Part shown: positions 55,881 to 57,253 of the stretch, piece after piece
How positions within the stretch are numbered: the stretch's first letter is position 1
Layout: every line of letters starts with the position of its first letter
Virus record (IMG/VR): IMGVR_UViG_3300046352_000133
Location: 1-57,253 of that record
Source of the DNA: a virus
Lineage: Duplodnaviria > Caudoviricetes
Reading direction: 5' to 3' (one strand)
Length of the DNA: 57,253 nucleotides
The notes under the pieces: generated by a model
Seen by the model: only the letters and a program-made list of their open reading frames with translations
Databases searched by the model: none
What the model was told of the DNA's origin: nothing
Position numbers and translations under genes: made by a program

Positions 55881-57253
55881 ATGAATTTGAAAGAAGTAGA
55901 TAAACCAGAAGTAAAAAAGACCGTTGTAGTTTATTCGGGTCGGTTTCAACCATTCCATAGTGGACATTATATTTCTTATTTAAAACTTGCAAAAAAGTTT
56001 GGTAAAGATAATGTCTACATTGCTACGTCTAATGATACCTCTGGACCTAAATCTCCTTTTAATTTTAATGAAAAAGTAAAAATAATTACTACAATGTTCG
56101 GTGTTCCATCGGACAAGATAATTCAAGTTCGGAATCCATATGCTCCAAAAGAAATATTATCATCATTAAATGGTAAAACTACTGCTTATATTGCAGCAGT
56201 TGGAGAAAAGGATGCAAATAGATTATCGGGTAAATACTTTAAACCATACAATGGAAAAACAGGATATGGTTATGATGAAATCGGTTATGTATATGCAGTC
56301 CCTTCTGAAAAGAATCCAATTAGTGGAACGGATGTTCGTAGTTGGTTAGGCAAAGGAGATGAAGAAGAAAAAAAGAAAGGATTTTTAAAAGCATATCCTA
56401 AATATGATAAAGAAATATTCAATATGATAACTGGTAAATTAAATGAGTCTGTAAACACAGAACCATCTTCTGCGATGAGACCTGAGCCAACTCCAATAAG
56501 ACATGATATAGAACATCCAGAAGATGAAAAGAAAGCATTTGATGGAAATTCAGCACCGTATGACCCGATTGGAGAAATCATTCATGAGTATATTACAAAC
56601 GACTTATTTGAAGAATTTATCCAAAATTATTTAGGAGAAGCACCAAATGCAAATTTAGACCAAGATATATCATATACAGATACAAAAGGAAAACCTCAAA
56701 AAATAAAAGCAAGAAGTGCATTACGATTAGCAAAAGACCATCCTGCTCATATTCAAGCAGCAAAATTAGTTGGTAGTGATAAAGGTGCAAAGATGGCAAA
56801 AGGACCAACAGATGCTCCTATAAACCAACCAAAGAAAAAAGAAGAACCTGGTAAAGCAGCAACGCAAGCAGCAAAACCATCCGTTCCAGGTCAACCAGTT
56901 AAAAAAGACCAAACACAACAAGGTAAAGCAGATAAAGCGGGAGCATCTACTAATAAAGGAGGAGCAGAAGCAGGTGGAGCACCACAACAGGTAGACCCAC
57001 AAAAGTTAAGTGGTGCAGAATTAAAATCAAAAGCAGAAAAATCACCCGCTGATAAAGCAAAAGAATTAGCAAAAAAAATTGCAAAGAAAAATACTGAAAC
57101 TTTAAAATCAATTATTAAAGATGATTTTAATAAAGAAGAATCACACGATGCACACGAAGTAAGTAATCTAAATTCAGAAACAAGAAAAGGTTGGGGAGAA
57201 AGAATTGGAAACTTTTTAAAATCAGCACCTGCTAATATAATAAAAGGAGCATA
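55881..57253 (+). CDS. Large protein with N-terminal HIGH nucleotidyltransferase domain, 3'-truncated, not in the ORF track
   Basis: Translated by hand: MNLKEVDKPEVKKTVVVYSGRFQPFHSGH...SPFNFNEK...AVGEKD..RL...ISGTDVR; continues through a K/A/P/Q-rich linker with no stop seen before the window end. Confidence 0.88.
   Translation, partial: MNLKEVDKPEVKKTVVVYSGRFQPFHSGHYISYLKLAKKFGKDNVYIATSNDTSGPKSPFNFNEKVKIITTMFGVPSDKIIQVRNPYAPKEILSSLNGKTTAYIAAVGEKDANRLSGKYFKPYNGKTGYGYDEIGYVYAVPSEKNPISGTDVRSWLGKGDEEEKKKGFLKAYPKYDKEIFNMITGKLNESVNTEPSSAMRPEPTPIRHDIEHPEDEKKAFDGNSAPYDPIGEIIHEYITNDLFEEFIQNYLGEAPNANLDQDISYTDTKGKPQKIKARSALRLAKDHPAHIQAAKLVGSDKGAKMAKGPTDAPINQPKKKEEPGKAATQAAKPSVPGQPVKKDQTQQGKADKAGASTNKGGAEAGGAPQQVDPQKLSGAELKSKAEKSPADKAKELAKKIAKKNTETLKSIIKDDFNKEESHDAHEVSNLNSETRKGWGERIGNFLKSAPANIIKGA

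Noticed and set aside
446-57002. The many other 60-145-aa minus-strand and alternate-frame ORFs in the track
   Set aside because: All lie within or across well-supported + strand genes and show no recognisable motifs; expected shadows.
1-57253. Stop-codon reassignment, as in some large phages
   Set aside because: Genes are full length and tightly packed under code 11; TAG (3063, 23152, 43807) and TGA (2183, 24130) end genes right at the next gene or promoter.
1-57253. Eukaryotic giant virus origin, suggested by GT7, GT95/96-like and Mre11-Rad50 fusion genes
   Set aside because: gp25/gp6 baseplate, S74 tail fibre, sigma-like factor, overlapping operonic genes and bacterial promoters indicate a tailed bacteriophage.
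1-57253. tRNA, rRNA, introns, inteins, integrase or transposase
   Set aside because: Intergenic gaps are nearly all under ~90 nt and AT-rich with no cloverleaf seen; no such motifs recognised by eye. A tRNAscan/Infernal run would be needed to exclude them formally.

Overview
An AT-rich, gene-dense segment, almost entirely on the + strand, that reads as part of a large myovirus-type (contractile-tail) phage genome. The host is most likely a Bacteroidota bacterium: four intergenic promoters match the -33/-7 type with identical 20-nt spacing, and starts are A-rich without evident Shine-Dalgarno sequences. Layout: (i) 1-5.5 kb auxiliary genes (IscA, UvsE, HIGH nucleotidyltransferase, DUF2061-like, peptide deformylase, gp55-like sigma factor, NodU/CmcH carbamoyltransferase); (ii) 5.5-22.7 kb baseplate and virion genes, several preceded by a recurring ATATTTAT motif; (iii) 22.7-27.7 kb T7 endonuclease I-like resolvase, primase, a single-chain Mre11-Rad50 fusion and an unlisted minus-strand RHH-like gene; (iv) 27.7-32.8 kb an S74-chaperoned tail fibre and a mucin-like Thr/Pro repeat protein; (v) 32.8-55.7 kb a ~23-kb glycan island; (vi) a 3'-truncated nucleotidyltransferase-domain protein not in the ORF track. 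The island holds 7 recognisable and 2 tentative glycosyltransferases (one resembling GT95/GT96 peptide O-glycosyltransferases, two GT7 with LamG insertions), 3 SDR sugar enzymes, RmlC, a split TPP enzyme, 2 radical SAMs, a methyltransferase, 2 SGNH-like proteins and a HAD fusion. My main hypothesis is a phage-encoded virion O-glycosylation system that makes its own, possibly branched-chain, sugar. All family calls come from motif recognition by eye; no database search was run.
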